A stretch of DNA of 64,000 nt from Candidatus Poribacteria bacterium. GTDB lineage: Bacteria; Poribacteria; WGA-4E; WGA-3G. The stretch spans positions 7,880 to 71,879 of the forward strand of contig PYJC01000090.1 in NCBI GenBank assembly GCA_003635255.1, read 5' to 3'. A program made the position numbers and the translations under genes. How positions within the stretch are numbered: the stretch's first letter is position 1; each line of letters starts with the position of its first letter. This document shows positions 18,343 to 28,379 of this stretch, piece after piece. The notes beneath the pieces are model-generated. The model saw nothing but the letters and a program-made list of their open reading frames with translations. It was not told the origin of the DNA and did not search any database.

Positions 18343-20589
18343 TTATACTGCGCCTGTCATTTTTCTTGCGACCCAGAATACGCCGAGTAAAAAGATAAGG
18401 AAACCCGCCCAGATTGGGTGTGCCCAGATCCGTGTGCGATGGACAGTTGGTGCGGGTTCTGGCAAGGCTGCGAGATATTCCAATAGACTCGGCACTTCAG
18501 AAATCGGTACCAACCTACCGTCGGTAATCTTGGCAATTTCTTCTAATACATCGAAACGCGCCAAACGTCCTTGCTGCTCCCGATTTAAGCCTTGTACGGA
18601 TAGATCCGTTTGAACAGATGCCCCGGTTTCGCTACTGCTCGCCACGAGTCGATAGTTTCCAGGTTCTTTCGGTACAAACGCACCGACGAACAAACCCGTC
18701 ATATCCTCTGTACCGGGTTGCAATTGAATTGTTTGCGTTTTGCCCGATGGTGAAATCGCTTGTACAACAACTGACCCTCTGTCCAAGGGACCGCCAACGT
18801 TATCAATAGCGTTGGCATGCAACGTCAGAACATCATCAACGTTGGGTCGGTCAGGGGAGTAGAAGAGTCGTATCAATTCGCTTTGTGCCATTTGCCGTCG
18901 ATATGCCATCCACCGTGCGACCTGACTCCAGAAGCGGTAATGGTACTTATCTTCAACGCCTTGCCGCCAACGCCACGCACTGTCTGTCCCCATAAATAAT
19001 ACTTTCCCTGTGCCGTATGTTTTGGTCACGATCAGTGGTACGCGTCCGGCGGCAGTCGCCACTTGATCGTGAACTGCCAGCGTCTCGGTACCAACTTTGG
19101 CACGCTTGATGCCAGCGTACCAGAAAAATCCGGGTAATTTCCGCCATACTTCGCCGTTGTCAAGGTCTGTATCCCCAAGGCGTGTTAGCAAACTGCGCTG
19201 TCCAGACGCTGTAAGTGCGAAGTATCCCTGCATACTTGAACCGACACCTTCTGGTGTCGCTGAATCTAAGACCACAGGATAGAGGTCGGCAAGGGGACCC
19301 GAGATTAACGAATTATGCGCGCCGTCACGCCCTGGCATAAAGACGAGACCCGAGGCTTGGGCAGAAACTAATTTCCGTAATTCCCGTGTCTGTTCGACCG
19401 TCAACTGGTCCTTCTGCACGCCGACATCCCCAAGAAACACTACATCATAACGACTTAACTCTCTGGGGTCAGGAAAACGTTTAATATAAGTGCGCCCCCC
19501 GCCAACATCAGGGAGTTCGGGGTGAAAGAGGAGACATGTTACTTCAACACCCGAATCCCGTTCTAAAGCGTTTCGGAGATATCTGTACTCCCATCGCGGA
19601 TAAGATTCAATGACGAGTACTTTCAATTGTTCTTTACGTATTGATATGGGTGCGGAGATTTCATTATTTTCAGGGATCAATTCCTCTGCGTCCCGTTCGA
19701 TACGGAGATTTAGGGTATAATCCCCTGTTCCTTGTCCCTCCGCGCCCGGTGTCCAGACGATATTCTCCTGCGCCTGACTCATAGCAGGCACCCGGACCAT
19801 TTTCGTAACTGTCGCCTTCTTATTAACGCTGAGTGTGACACGGACATCCCGATCCTGTCCCAAGGTACTACGAACAACAAACGGGATCCGCAGCTGCTTG
19901 TTTGCGACACCATAGGTCGGCGCGTCCATTCTGACCAATTCGAGGTCGGGGAGTGGTACCTTGCTCCCGATGCCTATTGCAAAGACCGGAATCCCTTTCA
20001 TCCGAAACCTTGTAGCTGCCTCCACTGGCGAGTTCCCGACATTCCAATCACCGTCCGATAGCAGTACGACGCCGCGAAGGTTTGTATGCGTATCAAGCAC
20101 GTGTGAAAGTCCAGCATTCAAATCCGTTGCTTCATCTGCGGGATCCAACTGCGAAGAGAATGGCTCAAACACTATATTGAGATCGGTTGCATCTTGCCGG
20201 TTGCCATTATTGGATAGGGACCCGGCTTTCCAGACATCCTCAGACATCAGCGGTTGAATCGTTTCAGCGCGGCTCTTACGCTCACCGGAGACATCTTGAT
20301 TTTCAAAGACATCCCGCGTCTGCATACTTTTGGATTGGTCCCAGAGTACTGCGAGTGTCGAACGCCGATCCGGGGGCTGCGTCTTCAACCATTCGGGCTG
20401 ATTCAGGGTAACAACTACCAAGCCGACCAACACAAAACGCAGTAACTCAAGCCACCCTGTTTGCATACGATAGCCGCTCCGGTGCCATGCCAACCAGCAT
20501 AATACACCTGTCGCAACCACAATAATCAGTCCTAAGACCGTGATGGAATTGTTTGAGAGGAACTCTAAGCTTCCCTGTTGTTCTTGCAT
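18343..20589 (-). CDS. membrane-anchored VWA-domain protein with a C-terminal GATase1-like module (Bat-cluster component)
   Basis: 748 aa with N-terminal TM helices and a MIDAS-like D-x-S-x-S (LWDQSKSM) plus VVLLSDGDWN..VFAIGIG. The later stretch VLVIESYPRWEYRYLRNAL..VVFLGDV is GATase1-like by pattern only. C-terminal TM helix. Confidence 0.8.
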   Translation of the reverse strand: MQEQQGSLEFLSNNSITVLGLIIVVATGVLCWLAWHRSGYRMQTGWLELLRFVLVGLVVVTLNQPEWLKTQPPDRRSTLAVLWDQSKSMQTRDVFENQDVSGERKSRAETIQPLMSEDVWKAGSLSNNGNRQDATDLNIVFEPFSSQLDPADEATDLNAGLSHVLDTHTNLRGVVLLSDGDWNVGNSPVEAATRFRMKGIPVFAIGIGSKVPLPDLELVRMDAPTYGVANKQLRIPFVVRSTLGQDRDVRVTLSVNKKATVTKMVRVPAMSQAQENIVWTPGAEGQGTGDYTLNLRIERDAEELIPENNEISAPISIRKEQLKVLVIESYPRWEYRYLRNALERDSGVEVTCLLFHPELPDVGGGRTYIKRFPDPRELSRYDVVFLGDVGVQKDQLTVEQTRELRKLVSAQASGLVFMPGRDGAHNSLISGPLADLYPVVLDSATPEGVGSSMQGYFALTASGQRSLLTRLGDTDLDNGEVWRKLPGFFWYAGIKRAKVGTETLAVHDQVATAAGRVPLIVTKTYGTGKVLFMGTDSAWRWRQGVEDKYHYRFWSQVARWMAYRRQMAQSELIRLFYSPDRPNVDDVLTLHANAIDNVGGPLDRGSVVVQAISPSGKTQTIQLQPGTEDMTGLFVGAFVPKEPGNYRLVASSSETGASVQTDLSVQGLNREQQGRLARFDVLEEIAKITDGRLVPISEVPSLLEYLAALPEPAPTVHRTRIWAHPIWAGFLIFLLGVFWVARKMTGAV

Positions 20590-20599
20590 TTTTTTATCT

Positions 20600-20616
20600 T
20601 TCCTTGCGGTTCGGTG
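20600..20616 (-). promoter_or_regulatory. conserved translation-leader module CACCGAACCGCAAGGAAA (SD-containing), 11 nt before ATG 20589
   Basis: The minus strand reads caccgaaccgcaaggaaagataaaaaaATG. Confidence 0.7.
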
Positions 20617-20655
20617 AGGTGAGTCTGAAGTTTGAAAGTGCTACGCCGTAAATCT

Positions 20656-20690
20656 GAAGAAATCCGCAGAAACCCCCCAGCAAAAACACC
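20656..20690 (-). repeat. repeat family B core (ggtgtttttgctgggg..tttctgcggatttcttc), copy 1
   Basis: The reverse complement reads ggtgtttttgctggggggtttctgcggatttcttc. Lies in the leader of the VWA gene. Confidence 0.8.
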
Positions 20691-20731
20691 TACGTTTAAT
20701 TATCAAACTCACGTTCCTGATAACCACTCTT

Positions 20732-22798
20732 CTACTCTGTCGTTCCTTCTGCGACTGTGAGGTCTATTAAGGGGCTGCTTTCGGTTTTTCGACTCGGCAA
20801 ACTCAGCACGGCTTCCAGAATGAGCACGATAGCCATCGCAATGAGGAAGATACGCCAGAGTTCACTGGCTAAGGCAGACGTATCCCCGACATTGACATCA
20901 ATTCTCCGGTACGACAACCCATCAAACAACGCGTCGACCGTCTCAAGCGGTGATATCTTTGCATTGTCCTCTGCTTGGCTGCGATTGACAGCTGCCCAAT
21001 ATTCGCTGTCTCGATAAATGCCAGCATGTAATCCACGTTGTGAGAGGGAGGTATTGCTCTCTGCAGAAGCCACGGGTTCCCATTGATTTCGGTCAGCAAG
21101 GACATCAATTTCTGCGTCGCGTTGCGATGCTACAGCCAACGTCCGACACCCTTCAGCCAACGCCCGTTGTAACATAACATAAAAGACTACGCCGTCCCGT
21201 TCGAGCGAAGAAAATTGTGCTGTAGGGAGTGTGCTACAAAAATAGGCTGCCCCCTGATCAGTAGCCACCCGTGTTAGTAAAGGTGCATCGTTGTCAAACC
21301 TTGCCAAGAGTGTCCCTTGGCTCTCAAAGGTGCGATATTGGTAGGTCCGTAGTTCGCTCAACGGCAAAGCATCCCCACTTTCTGCATGTGCCAGTAGATC
21401 CGCATCGCCACGCCACCATGAGATATCGCCTGTTGTATCGGACTGTTCACCCGTAGTAGAGTGCCAATCTCCCCAGCGTGAAGCAAAGAATTGCTCACCG
21501 GTAGCGGTTGGTGTGCGTAATTTCGACGGAAAGAACATAGCCACGCGTCCGTTATTGACGAAATGCTGAATCTGTTCCGCGACCAAACCGCTTGGTAGTG
21601 TCCCCTGCCAAATCAACAATCCAGTATTTTCCCAGTCGATCTCGGCGACTCGGTTCATAGGCAGCACATCCACATGGTGTTGTAGTCGAACATCTGTCGG
21701 AATAGCAAGTGCTCTCCGGAACGCTTCACCCACTTTTGGGTCATCACTGACGATGACAGCTTTTCGCACCGGCGGTTCAGAAAAGACGAAGAAGAACCGA
21801 TTGTCCAAGGGGTTGGCATCACCCGGCAAACTCACCGATCCCCAACCCGAATTGAGTTTCGTATCAATAGGGATGCGGTGTCCTTGCAAAGATGCGCCGA
21901 GTGTGTCAAGTTCCACTTCAACCACGGATCGCACGTTGTTGACTTCAAATTCGATCGGCACGCGCCGCACCACACTGCGTCCTTCCGCGGTAACCGACGC
22001 GGATCCACCCTCGGTGCGTACTATTACATCAAGCAGGAGTTCTGCATCATTGCCACGTTCCCACCGCTGCACGTTTTCCACTCGGACCGATAAGTTATTG
22101 GCAGGTGGATCTGTATATGCCAGCAAGAAATGGTGGACACCTTCCAATTGAGCGAATTCCTCACGCATCGCGTTCCAGCGGCCACTATGGACATCCCAAT
22201 CGTTTTCCTTCAAATCCGAACAGATCCAGATTTCGGCGCGTCCTGACTCATTTGCCTTGAGATACGCCAAAGCCGTCTCAAGCATACCCGGAATATTCGC
22301 GCTGGTGGCACTGGCTTCCACCATGGGTAGACTCAATAGTGCTTTCGGTGAATCAACTTCCTGCAGCTGTCCGCTGGCACTGTCAATTAGCAGCAAATGT
22401 GTTCCGTAATCGCCTTGTTCCAGCAATTGTGCAAGCCTTTTCAGTGCTGTGGATCTTTTTGACTCTCCGGCTTGCAGGTCTTGTATCTCCATACTGGCGG
22501 AACGATCAAGAAGCACCAACGTGGCATCAGGCTTACTCAACCCGACGCTTCCTAACCACCCCCCTGACAGTGGACGGCTAATCGCAAAAATCAAAGCAGC
22601 GATAGCGAGGACACGCATCAACAAGATGAGCAGATGCCGAAGACGTGCCATGCCTCTGCTCATACGCTTCGCACGCATCAGGAACATCATCGCTGCCCAA
22701 GGAATGGTCCGGTGCCGCTGCTGATTGATTAGATGGATAATGATCGGCAGTGCCATCAAGGGGAGTGCGATTAGTGCTAAGGGTTGCAAAAAACTCAT
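20732..22798 (-). CDS. BatA-type protein (aerotolerance-regulator N-terminal TM domain + VWA-like domain)
   Basis: 688 aa. MSFLQPLALIALPLMALPIIIHLINQQRHRTIPWAAMMFL is the BatA N-terminal signature. MIDAS-like LVLLDRSASM; C-terminal TM helix. Confidence 0.85.
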   Translation of the reverse strand: MSFLQPLALIALPLMALPIIIHLINQQRHRTIPWAAMMFLMRAKRMSRGMARLRHLLILLMRVLAIAALIFAISRPLSGGWLGSVGLSKPDATLVLLDRSASMEIQDLQAGESKRSTALKRLAQLLEQGDYGTHLLLIDSASGQLQEVDSPKALLSLPMVEASATSANIPGMLETALAYLKANESGRAEIWICSDLKENDWDVHSGRWNAMREEFAQLEGVHHFLLAYTDPPANNLSVRVENVQRWERGNDAELLLDVIVRTEGGSASVTAEGRSVVRRVPIEFEVNNVRSVVEVELDTLGASLQGHRIPIDTKLNSGWGSVSLPGDANPLDNRFFFVFSEPPVRKAVIVSDDPKVGEAFRRALAIPTDVRLQHHVDVLPMNRVAEIDWENTGLLIWQGTLPSGLVAEQIQHFVNNGRVAMFFPSKLRTPTATGEQFFASRWGDWHSTTGEQSDTTGDISWWRGDADLLAHAESGDALPLSELRTYQYRTFESQGTLLARFDNDAPLLTRVATDQGAAYFCSTLPTAQFSSLERDGVVFYVMLQRALAEGCRTLAVASQRDAEIDVLADRNQWEPVASAESNTSLSQRGLHAGIYRDSEYWAAVNRSQAEDNAKISPLETVDALFDGLSYRRIDVNVGDTSALASELWRIFLIAMAIVLILEAVLSLPSRKTESSPLIDLTVAEGTTE

Positions 22799-22807
22799 AT
22801 TTTTACT

Positions 22808-22825
22808 ATTCCTTGCGGTTCGTTC
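22808..22825 (-). promoter_or_regulatory. leader module GAACGAACCGCAAGGAAT before the BatA-type gene
   Basis: The minus strand reads gaacgaaccgcaaggaatagtaaaaatATG. Confidence 0.7.
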
Positions 22826-22867
22826 AGGCGGAGTTTTACGAAAAAAGTCCGTCTCCGTATATCCGCC

Positions 22868-22895
22868 CCTCCATTACATTACGGGCTTACGTTTT
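22868..22895 (-). repeat. leader homology block AAAACGTAAGCC(C)GTAATGTAATGGAGG, copy in the BatA leader
   Basis: cctccattacattacgggcttacgtttt matches 41056..41083 apart from one inserted base. Confidence 0.8.
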
Positions 22896-22930
22896 GAACT
22901 TTTCACCAGACTGACTGCTGATAGCCATCC

Positions 22931-23836
22931 TCACTTACGTTTTTTCGGTGTTCGTCCTAACAAGAACCGTGCCAATACGTCGCCGTAATCCTCGTGGATG
23001 CAGATACGGTGGTAATCGACTTCAGTATCTCGAATGACTTCGTCCATACTTTCGAGGTATATTTCCATCGCGCGCCGGTACTGCGTACCGATAACGGTTG
23101 GATCTGCGAGTATCGGTTCGCCGCCTTCCATGTCAACAAACCGCATCGGACGATCAAACTCAAATTCCAGTTCGTTCTGCTCCATAAGGTGAAACACAGC
23201 GACATCGTGTTTACGGAATCGTAGGTGCTCAAAACAATTTCGGACGACTCCGGGTTCAATGAATAGATCCGAAACGACGACAATTAGTGCTCGCTGTGGG
23301 ACCCGTTCGGCGGTTTCGTGGAGAACATCAGCCAACCCGGTCTCACCCGATGCTTCGATCGTTCCCAATTCATCAAGGACAGCACTCAGATGTGTTGCAC
23401 TCCGCTTCGGTGGGATTTCTATGTGAAATTCTTTACCTGCACAGTAGAGTCCAACGGCATCACCCTGTAGTGCGGCTATATAGGCTAAGGTGCCCGCCAC
23501 GCGACGTGCGTAGTCAAGTTTACTCATACCGTTGTGTGCGAAATCCATTGACCCGCTGGTATCCACAATCAAGCACATCCGCAGGTTCGTATCGGCTTCA
23601 AATTCCTTGATGTAGTAGCGGTCATTGCGCGCGTAAGCCCGCCAATCGAGTCGGCGTGTGTCATCGCCTGGGACGTACTTACGGTACTCCGCAAACTCAA
23701 GGCTGGAGCCGCGAATCGGACTCCGGTGTTTACCAGACACATTTCCGATCATAGGGAGTCGGGCGTGCAATTGGAGTGTGGAGAGACGTTCCAAGACCCG
23801 CTGGTTGAGATAATCTCGTTTGAGTTGCAGTGCCAT
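22931..23836 (-). CDS. DUF58 family protein (MoxR partner)
   Basis: 301 aa with the canonical DUF58 core RGSSLEFAEYRKYVPGDDTRRLDWRAYARNDRYYIKEFE. The start is 3 nt after the moxR stop. Confidence 0.9.
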   Translation of the reverse strand: MALQLKRDYLNQRVLERLSTLQLHARLPMIGNVSGKHRSPIRGSSLEFAEYRKYVPGDDTRRLDWRAYARNDRYYIKEFEADTNLRMCLIVDTSGSMDFAHNGMSKLDYARRVAGTLAYIAALQGDAVGLYCAGKEFHIEIPPKRSATHLSAVLDELGTIEASGETGLADVLHETAERVPQRALIVVVSDLFIEPGVVRNCFEHLRFRKHDVAVFHLMEQNELEFEFDRPMRFVDMEGGEPILADPTVIGTQYRRAMEIYLESMDEVIRDTEVDYHRICIHEDYGDVLARFLLGRTPKKRK

Positions 23837-23839
23837 AGT

Positions 23840-24859
23840 CTACCCCTGCTCCGACAACTCTTCAACGAGACGATTGACGATGTCTTGGCTGGTGATGTTC
23901 TCGGATTCCGCCGCGAACGATGTAATGACGCGATGTGCCAATACTGGATCCGCCACAGCGACGACATCTTCAAGCCGAGCCATGTAGCTGCCGCTAAGTG
24001 CTGCGCGTGCTTTCGCACCTAAGATCAGGTATTGAACCGCCCGTGGACCAGCACCCCAAGCCACAAGTGGCTTCAACCAGTCAGGTGATGCATCGTCTCT
24101 CGGGCGTGTGCTACGTACCAAATCAACGGCGAATTCGTAGATATGCTCTGCGACCGGCACCCGACGCACGAGGTCTTGAAATGCGAGCACCCGTTCGCCT
24201 GTTAGGACGTGTTCAAGTGTTGGGAGTGCCACACCGGTTGTGGTACGGGCAATCTCTATCTCCTCAGACCGCGCGGGATAGTCTACCTCAATCCTGAACA
24301 TGAAACGATCGAGTTGCGCCTCCGGTAATGGATACGTTCCTTCCTGTTCTATGGGGTTCTGCGTCGCCAGCACGAAGAAGGGGGGTGTGAGTTGGTATGT
24401 TCTGCCGATGACCGTGATTTTGTATTCCTGCATCGCCTCAAGCATCGCGGCTTGCGTTTTTGAGGGGGCACGGTTAATCTCGTCGGCGAGAATGAGATTG
24501 GCGAACAGCGGACCTTTTACGAACTCAAACTCGCGCCTACCGCCTGGGATCTCCTGAAGGATGTCGGTTCCGGTGATGTCCATCGGCATCAGGTCAGGTG
24601 TGAACTGGATCCGGCTGAACTGTAACGCCATCGTCTCGGCGAACCGACTCACTAATAACGTTTTTGCCAAGCCGGGAACACCCATCAAGAGGGCATGTCC
24701 TTGCGAAAACAGGCAGATCGCCAAGTGTTCAATAACCTGTTCTTGACCGACGATGATCTTAGCAAGTGTCTGTTTTAATTGGTCGTAGACCTCGCGTAGT
24801 TCATCAATTGCAGTGACATCATCGGCATGCATTGTGTCAGCGTTTGGTTTCGTTGTCAT
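23840..24859 (-). CDS. MoxR-family AAA+ ATPase
   Basis: 339 aa with Walker A GVPGLAKT and Walker B ILADEINRA, AAA_3-type layout. AAAGGAAA SD upstream. Confidence 0.95.
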   Translation of the reverse strand: MTTKPNADTMHADDVTAIDELREVYDQLKQTLAKIIVGQEQVIEHLAICLFSQGHALLMGVPGLAKTLLVSRFAETMALQFSRIQFTPDLMPMDITGTDILQEIPGGRREFEFVKGPLFANLILADEINRAPSKTQAAMLEAMQEYKITVIGRTYQLTPPFFVLATQNPIEQEGTYPLPEAQLDRFMFRIEVDYPARSEEIEIARTTTGVALPTLEHVLTGERVLAFQDLVRRVPVAEHIYEFAVDLVRSTRPRDDASPDWLKPLVAWGAGPRAVQYLILGAKARAALSGSYMARLEDVVAVADPVLAHRVITSFAAESENITSQDIVNRLVEELSEQG

Positions 24860-25371
24860 TAATTAGGTTTCCTTTCGTGTTATCAATGCGCAACTATGAG
24901 GTTAGGTGATATTGTTGTTAAGAATGTTCAGTTTTTCTGCGTAGTATCCACTTCTACATCTATAGAGATACAGAAACTTCAAAAAGATAGTAAAAAGTGC
25001 TTTTCTGAAGCTCGTTTGCTCTTAAAGGAACCGAGGCAAATTGTTGTATCTACACAATTAACGATACGCCGTTGATCAACGATTACAAAGCCCGGAAAAC
25101 ACTCACTAAAGGCCTATTAACAAAGACCAATCTTGCCTTAATACCATAGCAGCAAATTCTGTGCCATCTCAGCAATAGCGTACTGTTCAAAAGCAGCTGC
25201 ACAAAATGGGGCATCCTTTGTGTCTAACTTGCACGAAATGGGGCAAAATCTATTCGCCAATACCGGACAGATGGAATTTAAGGTTCTAATTATTAGTGAC
25301 GCAATTTATAGGTGCAAAAGATGCATAATTTGAGAAAATGGTAAACGATTGTCAGTTATCGGTTAAGAATT

Positions 25372-26814
25372 TTATCGGAAACGCCTTGGTCTCTGAATGC
25401 TGAAAGGCGATGAACGTGGCGATACGATGTGTCTATCCATCCATTTCAGCCGAGCCTGTAACCATCTTTTTATCTGTTGGACCTCTTGCTCATAAATACG
25501 TAGACCGCGGTTTGTGAGCAAACGATCACCAAAAGCACTGCGCCCGTGCGAGGACCATCTCTGGAAGTTTCGGTTTTGTGCTTCGGACAGAAATTTAGCG
25601 GTTTGATCAATCGCGTCAAGGAGTTTAGAAGTGGCGAGTACATCTTTCCGAAGTGCCTGCCACCTCTTAGCGAGTTTTTGTGTGAAGTTTTTGTCTTGTA
25701 GGAGTCGATCCCACCAAAAGGGGACAGGGTTTGTATAAATCAGCCATCCATCCGTTTTCCAACCGTCATTGAAACCTGCATTGCCTATTGATAAATTGAA
25801 ATCCCAGATGGGTCCCATTGTCAGTTTGCTGTCTCTGTCTTTGTACATGTATGTGCTGTTCCGAAATCCATCTATGTTTCTGAAAAGTTCATTGATGATG
25901 AAATGGTCAATAAAAGCATCTATATCAATATACTTAGGATATCCGCGTTCTGGGTCCTTAAAATCCTTTCCAGCTAACGCTGCTTCAAATTCGCTCATAT
26001 AGTTCTGAATCCACGCTTTTTGGGCGGCAGACATCTCGTGTCCTTTCGGGTATACATGAAACAATCGTGTGCCGGAACGGGTCAAAAAGTAGGTTTCATA
26101 CCTGTCCATTTTATCGATTTTTAGGATATAACCACCGGTGATGTTCGCGGGTTTCAGCGATTTAATATCAACACGATCTTTACCGCGTTTTATCTTTTCT
26201 ATGAGTAGATAGACGCCGGCGTAATGTTTGTCTCCGATTGTTGCATCGCCGTTATCATTAAGAAACAATTCAACAAATTTTGTTCTGCTTGCGTATCTGC
26301 CGATGCGATTGCTGAACTCGTACGCCAGATAATTCCGCATCAGGGTTTTATCCCAATAGGGTCCGTTTAAAACCCAGTCTGACTCTGCTGGCAGTTGCAA
26401 TAGGGATGCATCTTTGTCGTTGCCTTCATCGTCCTGAATTTCTACACCGTACTGCTTTTTCGGGAATCCGAGCGAAGTTTTCCCCCTAAGTTCTATGCCG
26501 ATTTTTCCCTCGAAATCAATATGCTGACTATTTAGGGTGTTTCTACCACCGGATTCATCGTAAATAATTTTCATTGATGCGGGGATTTTAGGTTCGTCGC
26601 GAATCCACTTTCCAGAGGTATTAATAATAATGATCGGTAGATTTGACGTAAAAGTCTTAGTGCGACCCGAAATACTTTTGGTATCGGTGCCCTTAGAAAC
26701 AGATGCTCCTTTAGGTTGCTTAGATTGCTGAGGGATATCGGTGATGCAGCTCGCTGCCATAGATAGCATAATGCTACCCAGCAACAGAAGACCGAACTTT
26801 TTGTTGAAATACAT
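25372..26814 (-). CDS. secreted CotH kinase-family protein
   Basis: 480 aa with a signal/lipoprotein-like N-terminus (LLGSIMLSMAASC). CotH-type blocks: IELRGKTSLGFPKKQY, DKTLMRNYLAYEFSNRIG, YAGVYLLIEKIKRGKDRVDI, NELFRNIDGFRNSTYMYKD. Confidence 0.85.
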   Translation of the reverse strand: MYFNKKFGLLLLGSIMLSMAASCITDIPQQSKQPKGASVSKGTDTKSISGRTKTFTSNLPIIIINTSGKWIRDEPKIPASMKIIYDESGGRNTLNSQHIDFEGKIGIELRGKTSLGFPKKQYGVEIQDDEGNDKDASLLQLPAESDWVLNGPYWDKTLMRNYLAYEFSNRIGRYASRTKFVELFLNDNGDATIGDKHYAGVYLLIEKIKRGKDRVDIKSLKPANITGGYILKIDKMDRYETYFLTRSGTRLFHVYPKGHEMSAAQKAWIQNYMSEFEAALAGKDFKDPERGYPKYIDIDAFIDHFIINELFRNIDGFRNSTYMYKDRDSKLTMGPIWDFNLSIGNAGFNDGWKTDGWLIYTNPVPFWWDRLLQDKNFTQKLAKRWQALRKDVLATSKLLDAIDQTAKFLSEAQNRNFQRWSSHGRSAFGDRLLTNRGLRIYEQEVQQIKRWLQARLKWMDRHIVSPRSSPFSIQRPRRFR

Positions 26815-27070
26815 TATCTATAATCTTGCCAAGGAAGATAGGGAACTCTGTCCCAGAGAGACGGCAGTGCTTTTCCCAAACAGTGGATGGAATCTTGGCT
26901 ATTTCATGTCTATATTGGCACACTTTTGTTCTACCACGAAATAGTATACCAAACATAGGCTGAGGATTGCAACTGAAATGGGAATGTCCGCCAAGGCTAG
27001 TTAGTTTTCGGTTCCGATTTCAATTTTCGTTTACAGATGCTAACGTTTTTTCGCAATATCGCGAACGACA

Positions 27071-27106
27071 AGAAATACACAGAAATACCCAAGCAAAAAC
27101 CCCAAA
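27071..27106 (-). repeat. repeat family B core, copy 2
   Basis: The reverse complement reads tttggggtttttgcttgggtatttctgtgtatttct. Confidence 0.75.
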
Positions 27107-27119
27107 TGTGATCTGCATT

Positions 27120-28379
27120 CTAACCGCATCGACATTCGGAGGGACAACTTTCCAAAACCACACCTTCCCGTTCAATACGCTCAAAGGTTGTTCTGTATTC
27201 GGAAGTGCCATCGTCATCCCAATACGTCGTGGAAATCGGAGAGGTATAGCGCATCGGGATCAGGCGACTCCGATCCGGACGGACCATGAAGATCGAGTTT
27301 CTGGGATCCGCGATGTTATACATACGGGTGCCGTTCCTGAATTGAGATTTGAGAATCCACGGTTTCTGTTCGGGTAGTTTTAAAGCTTTCAGGCGTTCTA
27401 ATTCATCACGATTCAACGTCACGCCAAGTCCAGGGGATTCGGGGACACGTACAAACCCGTTAATCGGTGTCAACGCCTCGTTGACCACATCCATCTTCCA
27501 CGTCTCGGTGTCCGAATGGAAATGGAAGGTCGCTGTTGGAAACGCTGCCATCATGTGAGTTGTCATCGCGCGCGTGATATTCCCACCGACATTCTGAAGC
27601 ATAAACGGACTCTCGTTCGCAGCAAAAAGCCCGGCGCGTCGAACAGCATCGCCGATCTTGGCGTGACCGAGCATGTAAATATCCGCGGGTCTCATGAACA
27701 CCTCGTAGGTCGCCCCCATCGGAAAATGGTGGAGCACAATCGGGAGCCGTGAACGTTGGCGGAGCTCAATGTAGCCCTGTATGTCTTCTCCAGGTAACGG
27801 ATCTTCAAAGCAACCAGCGATCCGGTACTGAGACAACGCATCAACCAACTCAGGGATGTGGTCATCCGTCCCGCCCATCGTAAAGTCGTAGTGGATCTTG
27901 AACCCCTCTGGTGCAACGGTTTCCATCGCCTCGGTCTGATCGAGCACATTCTCAAAGGGCGAGAGATGATACTTCATCCACGTGTATCCGTGCGCTGCGT
28001 AGGTAGCGACGGTATCTGCCATGCGCGAAGGGTCCGTCGAGACAGTCCAACATCCCACAGGTACCCATGAACGATACTTTTGTCCGAAGAGTTTATAGAC
28101 AGGCACGCCTGCTGCTTTTCCCATCAAGTCATACATCGCCGTGCCAAGTCCAAGCGAGGTTTCGTCTCCTATCCAGTCGAATGGGTTTGTATTGACGTAC
28201 TGGTCAATGACATCTTGAGGTTCAGGTCTCCCGCTTTCACCCAGTCCTTCCAAGCCTGTATCGGTTCGGACAACATACACGGTGCGCCGGATCGGACCGT
28301 AGTAGTGATTGAGTTGATAGGCGAGAAAATCCTCGTATTCAAGGGTGATCTCATGAACTTCAATCTCTGTGATCTTCAT
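27120..28379 (-). CDS. enolase-superfamily enzyme (mandelate racemase / acid-sugar dehydratase type)
   Basis: The ORF-track start is 28412. I prefer ATG 28379 (MKITEIEVHEITL...), which forms an ATGA overlap with the upstream stop and has GGAGGGG upstream. N-terminal capping-domain pattern ..RTDTGLEGLGES plus barrel acidic ligand-like positions (KIHYDFT, CFEDPLPGE). Confidence 0.85.
   Translation of the reverse strand: MKITEIEVHEITLEYEDFLAYQLNHYYGPIRRTVYVVRTDTGLEGLGESGRPEPQDVIDQYVNTNPFDWIGDETSLGLGTAMYDLMGKAAGVPVYKLFGQKYRSWVPVGCWTVSTDPSRMADTVATYAAHGYTWMKYHLSPFENVLDQTEAMETVAPEGFKIHYDFTMGGTDDHIPELVDALSQYRIAGCFEDPLPGEDIQGYIELRQRSRLPIVLHHFPMGATYEVFMRPADIYMLGHAKIGDAVRRAGLFAANESPFMLQNVGGNITRAMTTHMMAAFPTATFHFHSDTETWKMDVVNEALTPINGFVRVPESPGLGVTLNRDELERLKALKLPEQKPWILKSQFRNGTRMYNIADPRNSIFMVRPDRSRLIPMRYTSPISTTYWDDDGTSEYRTTFERIEREGVVLESCPSECRCG

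Noticed and set aside
24860-25371. Riboswitch or sRNA in the 512-nt spacer upstream of moxR
   Set aside because: I recognised no conserved riboswitch core or strong hairpin-plus-U-tract. Only a short direct repeat (aaatggggca, twice) is present. The region is left unannotated.
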